Source: Bacteroidia bacterium
Lineage (GTDB): Bacteria > Bacteroidota > Bacteroidia > NS11-12g > UBA955
DNA length: 43,905 bases
Direction of reading: 5' to 3'
NCBI GenBank assembly: GCA_036405075.1
Contig: DASWYG010000025.1
Coordinates: 1 to 43,905 of the forward strand
Of the stretch, positions 35,583-43,232 are shown piece by piece. Numbering within the stretch: position 1 is the first letter of the stretch; every line of letters begins with the position of its first letter. The position numbers and the translations under genes were made by a program. The notes beneath the pieces are model-generated. The model had not been told where the DNA came from, searched no databases, and saw only the letters and a program-made list of their open reading frames with translations.

Positions 35583-36406
35583 AACATCATTTGTTCATCG
35601 GTGAAAGTCATTACATCTACTGTATTCGTTTTGAGATACTCTTTCATTGCGAGATGTTTCACAACGATGTCATTTGAATCCGCACTCATCAATGAGATCT
35701 CAAGTGGAGTTTTACCGATTCTTGATGTTTTGAGTGCTTGTTCTTTCAGGTCAATTCGTTCAGCTTGTGCCGGATCAATCAATTCGTTTTTTATAAAGAA
35801 GTTCCAGGCGACATCATTTTTATCGTAGAATGGCGTATTGTCTGAATTTATTTGTTCTATGAAATAGTGAATGTAATATCTACGTGATGCTGCTCTTTCA
35901 TTGAATCTAAGTTGTTTCACTTCGTGTTTTTTACTCATCTCATCGTTGTATTTCTCTTTTAAAATCCTATTCATTTCGTCGTTTTGGTAACGAATGAATC
36001 CGTTTAGTATCTCTGACACATACAGCGCACTGAAGTTGTTGTAAACCTTAACATCAAGTGGTTTTTTATTAATATCCTTCAACACTCCAATCATACTTTT
36101 ATTGATCGCCAAATACAGTTGCTCGATGGTCAGTTCCGAGTAAAGAGTTTTGATGTGATTACTTAAAATAATCAACTCTTCATTGCTCAGCGGATCTTTA
36201 ATTCCAAGAACAGTTCTCCAACAAGTGATGAAGATGGAAATCTTGGTATCAAAGACGATCTCTTCGAGTTCACTTATTTTCGGGTGGATTGTTGATTGGT
36301 ACAATTCCAAGTCGGCCTTGGATTTGATCCACTGCGGCGTCTCCATGTTTTGCTCTAAGGAAATTGTCGACTGTACTGAGGTTGTCTGTGATAGTTGCTT
36401 TTCCAT
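35579..36406 (-). CDS. Replication-module protein of unknown function (255-275 aa)
   Basis: The only in-frame starts, at 36406 and 36346, both lie inside the upstream gene. Confidence 0.55.
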   Translation of the reverse strand: MEKQLSQTTSVQSTISLEQNMETPQWIKSKADLELYQSTIHPKISELEEIVFDTKISIFITCWRTVLGIKDPLSNEELIILSNHIKTLYSELTIEQLYLAINKSMIGVLKDINKKPLDVKVYNNFSALYVSEILNGFIRYQNDEMNRILKEKYNDEMSKKHEVKQLRFNERAASRRYYIHYFIEQINSDNTPFYDKNDVAWNFFIKNELIDPAQAERIDLKEQALKTSRIGKTPLEISLMSADSNDIVVKHLAMKEYLKTNTVDVMTFTDEQMML

Positions 36407-37091
36407 TATTGTGATTTTTACTAAAATTTTTTTCGTTGTTTTTCCAAGTGATTAGTCGTCTTGAGATTTCGAATGTTGATTCTTTTTCGAAGCGCATTTT
36501 TTTCCCGTTTTCATTCATTTCGGTCCAGTACATGAAAAACGCTTTAAGCATGTCAACTGAATAAGCTTCTCTGAATGGTTTTAATTTTTCTTTGAATACC
36601 AACTGTCGATCTTCAATTGTGAGTGGCAAAATCTTATTTTGCCCTTTATCTTTATTATCTTCTTCTAATTCTAATTCTTTTTCTTCTTCTTTATTGGCTT
36701 TTTTTGGCTTTCCGTTAGGTATACGGTCGGTTAGCGGTCGGTTAGCGGTCGGTTTTTCTCCCTGTGTTTTCAAGTGTTTCGGCCTACCTCCTTTTTTGCC
36801 ATTATCTGAATTTTTACTAGAAATATGTTGCCTTTCTTCTAGTTGTTCATCAAGAAATTTGATTGATAAAAAACCTTCGTTAACCGAAAAATAGCGGTCG
36901 GTTAATTCCTGTAAAGCGGTCGGTTTTTTATATCTTCGATTAACATCTTCGATGGATAGTTTTCCATCCCTTTGCCAATAAAGTGCGCAAATACTAATAA
37001 ACAATCCTTGTGCTTCAAATGATTCAACTGAAATATCTCCAGTTAACCATTCTGTTGGTATAAATTTAAAATATGGAAGTCCTTTTGCCAT
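36270..37091 (-). CDS. DUF1376-type replication initiator candidate
   Basis: The N-terminus MAKGLPYFKFIPTEWLTGDISVESFEAQGLFISICALYWQ fits the DUF1376 signature as recalled from memory. The gene contains iterons. Confidence 0.6.
   Translation of the reverse strand: MAKGLPYFKFIPTEWLTGDISVESFEAQGLFISICALYWQRDGKLSIEDVNRRYKKPTALQELTDRYFSVNEGFLSIKFLDEQLEERQHISSKNSDNGKKGGRPKHLKTQGEKPTANRPLTDRIPNGKPKKANKEEEKELELEEDNKDKGQNKILPLTIEDRQLVFKEKLKPFREAYSVDMLKAFFMYWTEMNENGKKMRFEKESTFEISRRLITWKNNEKNFSKNHNNGKATITDNLSTVDNFLRAKHGDAAVDQIQGRLGIVPINNPPENK
36723..36754. repeat. Origin-like iterons: three tandem copies of (A)GCGGTCGGTT with an 11-bp period
   Basis: ACGGTCGGTT AGCGGTCGGTT AGCGGTCGGTT, next to a strongly pyrimidine-skewed A+T-rich stretch at roughly 36640-36720. 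Confidence 0.8.
36881..36925. repeat. Two further iteron copies 22 bp apart, plus the inverted repeat TTAACCG/CGGTTAA
   Basis: AGCGGTCGGTT at 36893..36903 and 36915..36925. The arm TTAACCG at 36881..36887 pairs with CGGTTAA at 36899..36905. Confidence 0.75.
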
Positions 37092-37367
37092 TTATTGCAG
37101 TTGATTTTTTATATACCTATTAACTATCCACCCTTTTTCTCTTGCTTCATTTGGATTGAGTTCGATGTATTGATGACACCTGAAACACACTGCCATAAAG
37201 AAGTCGATATTTGTAAGTAAATTTCCGATCCTACCTGCTTTGTGATGAACTTGAGTGGATTTATTTCCACATCGTTCGCATTTAGGTTTTAGAGTCAAGA
37301 ATTCAAGTCTTAGTTTTGAATATTCTCGGTTTTGGGCTGCACGTTTCTTGCTTACTTTTCGTATCAT
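37092..37367 (-). CDS. HNH/NinG-like zinc-binding nuclease candidate (91 aa)
   Basis: CERCG...VHHKAGR...VCFRCHQYIE, that is two Cys pairs plus His residues, with a basic N-terminus. Confidence 0.5.
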   Translation of the reverse strand: MIRKVSKKRAAQNREYSKLRLEFLTLKPKCERCGNKSTQVHHKAGRIGNLLTNIDFFMAVCFRCHQYIELNPNEAREKGWIVNRYIKNQLQ

Positions 37368-37457
37368 TTTTGTTGAATTGGTGAAAGAATGCCAGTCTCT
37401 TCCCGGCTGTCTCGTCTCATTTAATTCATCATTTAGCTAATACCCTGCTTCGATGTT

Positions 37458-37507
37458 GTGAGTGTGGAGGAATCGAACCTCTCATTACGCCGACCGTATC
37501 ACACTCA
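37458..37507 (-). ncRNA. tRNA-like minihelix (acceptor stem, T arm and one short hairpin, with no anticodon arm)
   Basis: TGAGTGT GA TACG-GTCGG-CGTA ATG AGAGG TTCGATT CCTCC ACACTCA C. It has a perfect 7-bp acceptor stem, shares the 11-mer GGTTCGATTCC with the tRNA-Cys, and is only 50 nt long. Confidence 0.4.
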
Positions 37508-37519
37508 ATTGGGAGGTAG

Positions 37520-37795
37520 TTAAGAAAGAATGTTGACTGATCCTTCAACGATTAGTTGTTGGAATACTTTTGGTGGATTATGAGTGCCTCTCGCTTCACG
37601 TTGCTCAATAATTTCTCTTATTGCTGCATTGTGAAAGTAATCCTTACCATTGATTTTGCCACGATGTTTCAGTTCTTGGCCAATTTCCAATCCTTTGTCA
37701 CTGACAACTTGTACAATTGCTTCGTTGTCACCTTGTAGCTTCCACGACATAAATTGTGGATAGCCTGATCTTGCGTCTGTATTGATTGTTTCCAT
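37520..37795 (-). CDS. Hypothetical protein (91 aa)
   Basis: ORF in the operon. Confidence 0.55.
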   Translation of the reverse strand: METINTDARSGYPQFMSWKLQGDNEAIVQVVSDKGLEIGQELKHRGKINGKDYFHNAAIREIIEQREARGTHNPPKVFQQLIVEGSVNILS

Positions 37796-37798
37796 TTT

Positions 37799-37993
37799 TT
37801 ATTTACTTGCCTTGTAATTTTGAAGTTTGATGAACCTTACCCAAGTGTTAAAGTCAGGTCTTTTATTTGGGTAAGTTGATTGTCTAATGCCAGTGATGTA
37901 ACTGATTTGAGGTTGGCTCTTCTTTGGTCTTAATGCCAGTGATATAACAATGACATCAAACACCAGTAATCCTAAAATGTGAATTAGGTTCAT
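37799..37993 (-). CDS. Small membrane protein (64 aa)
   Basis: N-terminal TM segment LIHILGLLVFDVIVISLAL. ATGA-coupled. Confidence 0.5.
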   Translation of the reverse strand: MNLIHILGLLVFDVIVISLALRPKKSQPQISYITGIRQSTYPNKRPDFNTWVRFIKLQNYKASK

Positions 37994-38580
37994 GATTTAA
38001 TTACCTCCAATCTTTTTAATTCAAAGAAACATTTCGCACAAGCAATAACGTCATTTAAAGCATCGTGAGCGCCGTCAAACGAAGTTTTAAATAACACATT
38101 GTGAAGCTCTTCTAGTTTTGGCCATTTAAAAGACGCATACCCGTTTTGGTTGGGTATTTTGCAAAAGTTTGTTGATGACTGCATTGTACAAACCTTTATC
38201 GGTTTTGTCTCTGACTTAAGGTTAAGTCTGATATATTCTGCACCAACAATTTTTTCATCAAATGCCATGTTATGGGCAATTAAATGAGTGCAATTGCTTA
38301 AATATGAATTAAACTCATTGATTGCCTCTAAAATAGGAATTCCCAACTCCAATGATTTTTCAGTTGAATAACCGTTGTCAATCCAAAATTTTTCATTTGG
38401 AATAACCCAATTATCGGGTTTAATAAGGGCGCAGTACTTATGGATAATCTCACCTTGTTCATTGAATACAGCAAAGGCTAATTGAATTATTCTTGGCCAG
38501 TTATCTACGCTGCTCACTGGAGCTTTCCAATCTTTTGGAAGTCCATTTGTTTCCGTATCGAAAAATAAATATTTGTTCAT
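37990..38580 (-). CDS. DEDDh 3'-5' exonuclease (DnaQ-like)
   Basis: Exo I FFDTETNG, Exo II HNMAFDEKIV, Exo III HDALNDV. Confidence 0.8.
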   Translation of the reverse strand: MNKYLFFDTETNGLPKDWKAPVSSVDNWPRIIQLAFAVFNEQGEIIHKYCALIKPDNWVIPNEKFWIDNGYSTEKSLELGIPILEAINEFNSYLSNCTHLIAHNMAFDEKIVGAEYIRLNLKSETKPIKVCTMQSSTNFCKIPNQNGYASFKWPKLEELHNVLFKTSFDGAHDALNDVIACAKCFFELKRLEVIKS

Positions 38581-39266
38581 ATCTCTGAAAGTGCTTGTTT
38601 TACTCTAGTTTCCAATAAATCAAAATCCGACTGCGGTATTTCAAATTCAAATGAATTGAGTTCGCTGATATTGGATTCTTTTAAAATGTATGGGAGTTCG
38701 TCGTAGTTTGCCGACTTAACCCAAAAGAAGCGATACTGGTCTACTGTTTCAATTGATTCAGCCAATGTAACGATGTCCCCTAGTGTTTCGTAGTAAGGCA
38801 TATAAACAATCAATTCAGCGTGTTTGTAGCCTATAATCAATGCGTTTGAAACAAGTTGCCAGTAGTATTCAGGTTTCTCTTCTTTGAAGTACTCAATGTC
38901 CTTTTTTTCGCAGATTTCGAGTAGTTCACAGAAAGCTTTCAGTGTGAATGGGCATTTGATATCAATGACTGATTTTTTGGGTACATTTTCGCCGTCGGGA
39001 GAACCTGCATAAAATGGGATTGATGGGTGCGCTTTGGTTTCGTCTGAATAGTACTTGTAATTAAGCCCTAGTGACTGGAATGCCATGCGCTCACACAAGT
39101 GACCCCATGTAATAGGACGGGTGTTTACTTCGGTGTTAATTGACCTTAGTAGTCTGCGCTCCATCTTAATCTCAGTGATGTATGTTTGGCGTGGCTTTGG
39201 CGCGCCCATTATACGGTACACTTGAGAAGATGTGATCGCTGCGATTCTGTTTGAGTTGTGTATCAT
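38577..39266 (-). CDS. YqaJ / lambda-Exo-like PD-(D/E)XK recombination exonuclease
   Basis: GSPDG...IDIKCP...YYWQL motifs. The gene lies near the annealase gene. Confidence 0.7.
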   Translation of the reverse strand: MIHNSNRIAAITSSQVYRIMGAPKPRQTYITEIKMERRLLRSINTEVNTRPITWGHLCERMAFQSLGLNYKYYSDETKAHPSIPFYAGSPDGENVPKKSVIDIKCPFTLKAFCELLEICEKKDIEYFKEEKPEYYWQLVSNALIIGYKHAELIVYMPYYETLGDIVTLAESIETVDQYRFFWVKSANYDELPYILKESNISELNSFEFEIPQSDFDLLETRVKQALSEI

Positions 39267-39562
39267 TTTAATAGATTTTTTAAGAATTCAATTCGTGGTT
39301 GTAATGCTTCATTTGGGTGTCTATTATTAAACCAACATTGGTTTGGTGTTTCCCATTTATACATACCTGGGTAGAAGCCAAGTATTTCGTTCATATCGCC
39401 TGATCGTGACTTAATGTAGAAAATGGATGAAAAACATAAACCAAATTCAAGATTGATTTCTATCAAATACTCAATGGCTTTATCGGGAGTCATATCACTG
39501 ACTTTATTATAAGCTTCTTGGTAAATACTAAGAAGGTGTTCTATTTGCTCTTTTGTTATCAT
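39263..39562 (-). CDS. Hypothetical protein (99 aa)
   Basis: ORF, ATGA-coupled. Confidence 0.55.
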   Translation of the reverse strand: MITKEQIEHLLSIYQEAYNKVSDMTPDKAIEYLIEINLEFGLCFSSIFYIKSRSGDMNEILGFYPGMYKWETPNQCWFNNRHPNEALQPRIEFLKNLLK

Positions 39563-40227
39563 AATGTTTTCAGAATTTCGATTGCTTTTTTGTAAGATTT
39601 GGTGTCTTTTTCGTCAATGATTCGCTTAATGTTCACTTTGTCTTCTCGTGACAGTGATTCACATTTAAGCTCAAATAGTTCGGTAAGTGTTTCAAGGTCT
39701 TCAACCGGATTTGTCCTTGTCATTTCAAATGCTACTGAGTCAGGTCTGTTAAGGTCACGACCAAAGATTTTACCGATATGCTCACAGGCATCTTTTATGG
39801 CATAAGATTTCGCGCCAGGCAATGCTTTCATAACTGCATCGGATTTGATGGCATTTAGATTCGCTGCGCTTTCGCCTTTGTCAGTTTGGACCGCAACCGC
39901 TCCTACCCCATCTTGGTACCTCATTTCTTCTGTGATTGGGTCTTGGTAGTGAACACGAACGGTAACAGCTACGGAATTGAACAAAGGTTTGGTTTCGATT
40001 ACTTCTACGTTCCACTTTTGAAAAATCCTAGTCATCAAGTATTCGACAACTTCGATTGGAACGTATTCAATTGGGACCTTTTGTCCATTTACTTTTTTTG
40101 TGGCCAGTGGATGGTTTTTAACCCACTTTTTAGGGGTTTCCACGTTGAGAATAGCATTTAATTGATCGTTTTTAAATGCTATCTCCGTGTTTTTGGTCAG
40201 GTCTTGTATTGTTGGGAGTTTGGACAT
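39559..40227 (-). CDS. Rad52/Sak-like single-strand annealing protein
   Basis: YVPIEVVEYLMTRIF..W..E...VAVTVRV...DGVGA...A..SDAVMKALPGAKSYAIKDACEHIGKIFGRDL fits the pattern of Rad52-fold phage annealases. Confidence 0.6.
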   Translation of the reverse strand: MSKLPTIQDLTKNTEIAFKNDQLNAILNVETPKKWVKNHPLATKKVNGQKVPIEYVPIEVVEYLMTRIFQKWNVEVIETKPLFNSVAVTVRVHYQDPITEEMRYQDGVGAVAVQTDKGESAANLNAIKSDAVMKALPGAKSYAIKDACEHIGKIFGRDLNRPDSVAFEMTRTNPVEDLETLTELFELKCESLSREDKVNIKRIIDEKDTKSYKKAIEILKTL

Positions 40228-40248
40228 TGTTTTTTAAGAATTATTTTT

Positions 40249-40695
40249 TTACTTGAATATTACTATCATGCTGTCTAATGGATTGCCGATCTGCTTTATT
40301 CTTCGCCCATTATTGTCTAATTTTTCAAATGATATTCTTCCTTTCACGAAGCGTATTTCACTTGCATTAGGAAGAATATGATCGTGAAATAATTTTGTGC
40401 TGGTACTAACAGGTATTAACAGAACGCATATTTTGCCTTTTTTAGCCTCGTCAATAGCTTTTAGTATAAAGGCTTGCTTAAGTTCTTTTGAATAAGGCGG
40501 GTTAACAAAATTTCGACTTCCCCATTCTACCTTTAATCCATCAATCAATATTTCGCCAGTATTATATGGGCAAGGATCGAAGTCGAAATCAAACTCTTTA
40601 TTTAGGGGTTCATATATACTTAACGGAGTAAGCCAGTTGTCATTTTCTTTTCTTTGCATAAACAAAACATTAAAATATTCAGAAAGGAAGATCAT
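40249..40695 (-). CDS. Phage Dam-type DNA N6-adenine methyltransferase (orphan)
   Basis: NDNWLTP, FDFDPCP and VNPPYS motifs. The likely start is the ATG at 40659 (MQRKEND). No restriction partner gene is present. Confidence 0.75.
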   Translation of the reverse strand: MIFLSEYFNVLFMQRKENDNWLTPLSIYEPLNKEFDFDFDPCPYNTGEILIDGLKVEWGSRNFVNPPYSKELKQAFILKAIDEAKKGKICVLLIPVSTSTKLFHDHILPNASEIRFVKGRISFEKLDNNGRRIKQIGNPLDSMIVIFK

Positions 40696-40996
40696 CCGTT
40701 TCGGGGGCTTCGTCTGACTGAGTTGTGTTATTTACGGGCGTTGCTTTTGCAGTGCCATTGTCCGCCCAAACTCTTTTTCCGTTACCGACATATACTTTCG
40801 GAACTTTTAAGTTTCTATCAGCTTCGCTTTGTTGCATTGAGATTGAACAAATGTTGCCATACTGATCTTGTTCATCATTGATGAATTGAGTAAGATTCAG
40901 AAACTTTGCAGTTTTACCGCTTTTAAGTGTCACTTCTTTGATTTGTGACTTATCTACCTTAGATAAATCAATGGATATGTTTATGATTTGTGCCAT
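40679..40996 (-). CDS. Short SSB-like protein ending in an SSB-type acidic tip (DDLPF)
   Basis: 105 aa. The C-terminus SDEAPETDDLPF mimics the DDDIPF tip of bacterial SSB. The gene lies within the recombination module. Confidence 0.5.
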   Translation of the reverse strand: MAQIINISIDLSKVDKSQIKEVTLKSGKTAKFLNLTQFINDEQDQYGNICSISMQQSEADRNLKVPKVYVGNGKRVWADNGTAKATPVNNTTQSDEAPETDDLPF

Positions 40997-41307
40997 TATT
41001 TTTGTACATCTGAAAGGTGAAGTTCGTCAAGTTTAATGTTCGGATGTTCGCTGTTTTCATTGCAGATTTTGAAACCCGCCAGTTCTGAAACCGCATTGCA
41101 GAACATTATTTTAAAGTATGATTCACTTGTGGGTTGGTGGCTCTCGATTTCTTTGTCAGAGAAACCGTCTAAGTCCATGAACTGAATCAGTGGAGCGGAT
41201 TTCTTAACACCTGTGAAGTTGGTTTTGTTTGATTTGAATACCCAATCTCCAATGATGAAGTAATCGGGCATTTCAATTGTTTTGGTTGTTGCTATTTCTA
41301 TTTTCAT
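40996..41307 (-). CDS. Hypothetical protein (103 aa)
   Basis: ORF, coupled on both sides. Confidence 0.55.
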   Translation of the reverse strand: MKIEIATTKTIEMPDYFIIGDWVFKSNKTNFTGVKKSAPLIQFMDLDGFSDKEIESHQPTSESYFKIMFCNAVSELAGFKICNENSEHPNIKLDELHLSDVQK

Positions 41308-42548
41308 AATGATTCAGCTTGTTTTATTGCCCATACTTTGAATGCATTGAACTTGTCATTTATCTCAGCATACACTTTCGCTGCCCCTTCATCTTTGATT
41401 TCAATCTCAGGCATTGCCATAGAATTGATAGAGGTTTTGATTTTGGTTTTAACCGGTGCTTTTGCTGCTTTGCGCTCGGCTGCAATTCTCTCTTTCTCCA
41501 ACCTATCAGCTTCCGCTTTGCGATCGGCTTCTTCTTTTTCTTTCTTTGCAAGTTCGGCGGAAAGTCGTTTGCGCTCAGCTTCTTTTTCTACTGCTATTCT
41601 CTCGGCCTCCGCATTTTCATTCGCAATTCGCGCAGCTTCTTTTCTTTCATACTCCCATTGCAACTCAGCGCCTTTTTTTATTTCAGAAAATTCTGCTTGA
41701 TACTCTTCCTCTGATTTAGAGATAAGTCCATTATAATCTCTTATAAATACAATGTATGGCCTAAGCTCGTTGTTTCTTTTTGCGATAGTAGCTTCCCTTT
41801 CTTGGGCTTCTTTCTTAAGCCTGTCAGCTTCTTGTCTGATTTTTTCTTGCTCCAGTTCGTATTTAGATTGTACTACCTGAGAAGTTTTGAGTATTTCATC
41901 CCATTGTTCATCGGTCATATCAATGGTTGGTGCACCTTGAGCGTGTTTGCCAAACTTCGCAATTTCAAGTTGCCTGTCTCTAAGAATGGATTGTCTACGC
42001 TCGTTCTCACCTCTTTCGGCTTCGGCTTTTTTCTCAGCTTCAATTTTCTCTACTCTTTTTTTCTCAAGACCTTCAACAAAAGCACTGAATACATCGTCGG
42101 ACATATTCTCAATGTCAACCGCATTCACTTCCGGAAACAATTTGAGTGCTTCCATGCGCTTGGTTGTTCTCTCGGCCTTTTCTTTGGCAGCCTTGATTTC
42201 TTGGTACTTTTCAATTTCCTCAAGGTTTGCCTCCATGCGTTGATTGACTTCGATCTCTTTGCGTTTGATAGCATCTACAAACTGACCACCTTTAAGGAAA
42301 TAGTCCTTTGTCACTTTGTGCCATGCTTCAATGCCTTTGGTTCTGTTGTCCTTGATTTTCAAGCGCAATTCTCTCGCTTGTTTTGATGTTTGAGGATCTT
42401 CTAAATCCATTTTAATGATGGATTCGTACTGGCTTACTAATGCCTCTCTTTCTGAGATAATTTGAGGCAAGTTGCCAACTAATTCGATTGCTTTGTTTTC
42501 TTCGATGCCATATTGTTTTGCATCAATTTGAATGAGTTCTGTGTTCAT
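41304..42548 (-). CDS. Coiled-coil early protein (414 aa)
   Basis: Long K/E/A/R heptad-like stretches. All overlapping plus-strand ORFs are its antisense shadows. Confidence 0.65.
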   Translation of the reverse strand: MNTELIQIDAKQYGIEENKAIELVGNLPQIISEREALVSQYESIIKMDLEDPQTSKQARELRLKIKDNRTKGIEAWHKVTKDYFLKGGQFVDAIKRKEIEVNQRMEANLEEIEKYQEIKAAKEKAERTTKRMEALKLFPEVNAVDIENMSDDVFSAFVEGLEKKRVEKIEAEKKAEAERGENERRQSILRDRQLEIAKFGKHAQGAPTIDMTDEQWDEILKTSQVVQSKYELEQEKIRQEADRLKKEAQEREATIAKRNNELRPYIVFIRDYNGLISKSEEEYQAEFSEIKKGAELQWEYERKEAARIANENAEAERIAVEKEAERKRLSAELAKKEKEEADRKAEADRLEKERIAAERKAAKAPVKTKIKTSINSMAMPEIEIKDEGAAKVYAEINDKFNAFKVWAIKQAESL

Positions 42549-42706
42549 TTGGAATGTTTTTTATTTAAGATATTTTGTTTGATTTGCTCGATTTTAGCGT
42601 CTTTGATTTCAGCTTTCACTTCATCCGATTGCGGGCGTTTGCAAAGCATTTTGATAATCAATTCATTTTGCCTTTCGATTTTGGCCAGTCTTTGCTCAAT
42701 TGTCAT
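42545..42706 (-). CDS. Small helical protein (53 aa), absent from the ORF track
   Basis: MTIEQRLAKIERQNELIIKMLCKRPQSDEVKAEIKDAKIEQIKQNILNKKHSK. It ends in an ATGA overlap with the 414-aa gene. Confidence 0.45.
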   Translation of the reverse strand: MTIEQRLAKIERQNELIIKMLCKRPQSDEVKAEIKDAKIEQIKQNILNKKHSK

Positions 42707-42902
42707 CCGTGTTTACGTTAAATGTTTCCTCTTCGTACTGCTCGTTTTCAAGATGTTCATCGCTGAACCTTCTGCATTTGGCCATCATTTCTGCATACTC
42801 TTGATCGGTCATTTTAGAAATGAGATTGTCGATTGAGTTTGTCTCAACATATCTATTGGAAGTTGAGAATGAAACTGAACTGTGGTGGTGAGTGATTATC
42901 AT
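42696..42902 (-). CDS. Hypothetical protein (68 aa)
   Basis: ORF, ATGA-coupled to the cro-like gene. Confidence 0.55.
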   Translation of the reverse strand: MIITHHHSSVSFSTSNRYVETNSIDNLISKMTDQEYAEMMAKCRRFSDEHLENEQYEEETFNVNTDDN

Positions 42903-43093
42903 GCTGCTTGAAATGAATTAAAGTATTGGGTCATGCAGTCGATAGTTGACTGAGTTGCTTTACCATTATTAAGGGCTTCCCTTATTGTTGGTTTTGAAAG
43001 GCCTGTACCTGCTTTAACATCGTCCAGTGTGATGTCGAACATGATTGTTCTCCATTTTTTAAGTACCTTTAAATCAATGGGTTTACGTTTCAT
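42899..43093 (-). CDS. Cro-like HTH regulator
   Basis: 64 aa with a helix-turn-helix, VKAGTGLSKPTIREALNNG. It is the first gene of the leftward operon and diverges from the repressor gene. Confidence 0.65.
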   Translation of the reverse strand: MKRKPIDLKVLKKWRTIMFDITLDDVKAGTGLSKPTIREALNNGKATQSTIDCMTQYFNSFQAA

Positions 43094-43158
43094 AACTATT
43101 ATTTATTTTCTTTTCTGTTTCCTTTTGTATTACTTTTGTAAAACAGTAATGCAATATT

Positions 43159-43193
43159 AAGGACAATCCTTACAATAAACAAGGAAAATCCTT
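43159..43193. promoter_or_regulatory. Two operator-like 13-bp palindromes, AAGGA-N3-TCCTT, 22 bp apart
   Basis: AAGGACAATCCTT at 43159..43171 and AAGGAAAATCCTT at 43181..43193, each followed by ACAA. A third palindrome, TGTAAAATAATTTACA, lies at 43200..43215. Confidence 0.6.
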
Positions 43194-43232
43194 ACAAAAT
43201 GTAAAATAATTTACAAATCCTTGATACACAAC

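Noticed and set aside
37403-37450. An additional plus-strand CTCGTC-containing sequence (GGCTGTCTCGTCTC) that resembles the promoter-like box. Another lies at about 32566..32580.
   Set aside because: Both are on the wrong strand relative to the genes, and no NANNTTTG octamer follows at the 23-nt spacing. The second also lies inside coding sequence.
41319-42386. Five long plus-strand ORFs (87-194 aa) overlapping the 414-aa early gene.
   Set aside because: They are F/L/S/C-rich low-complexity translations. That is the expected antisense shadow of a K/E/A-rich coiled-coil gene, and they have no coupling to neighbouring genes.
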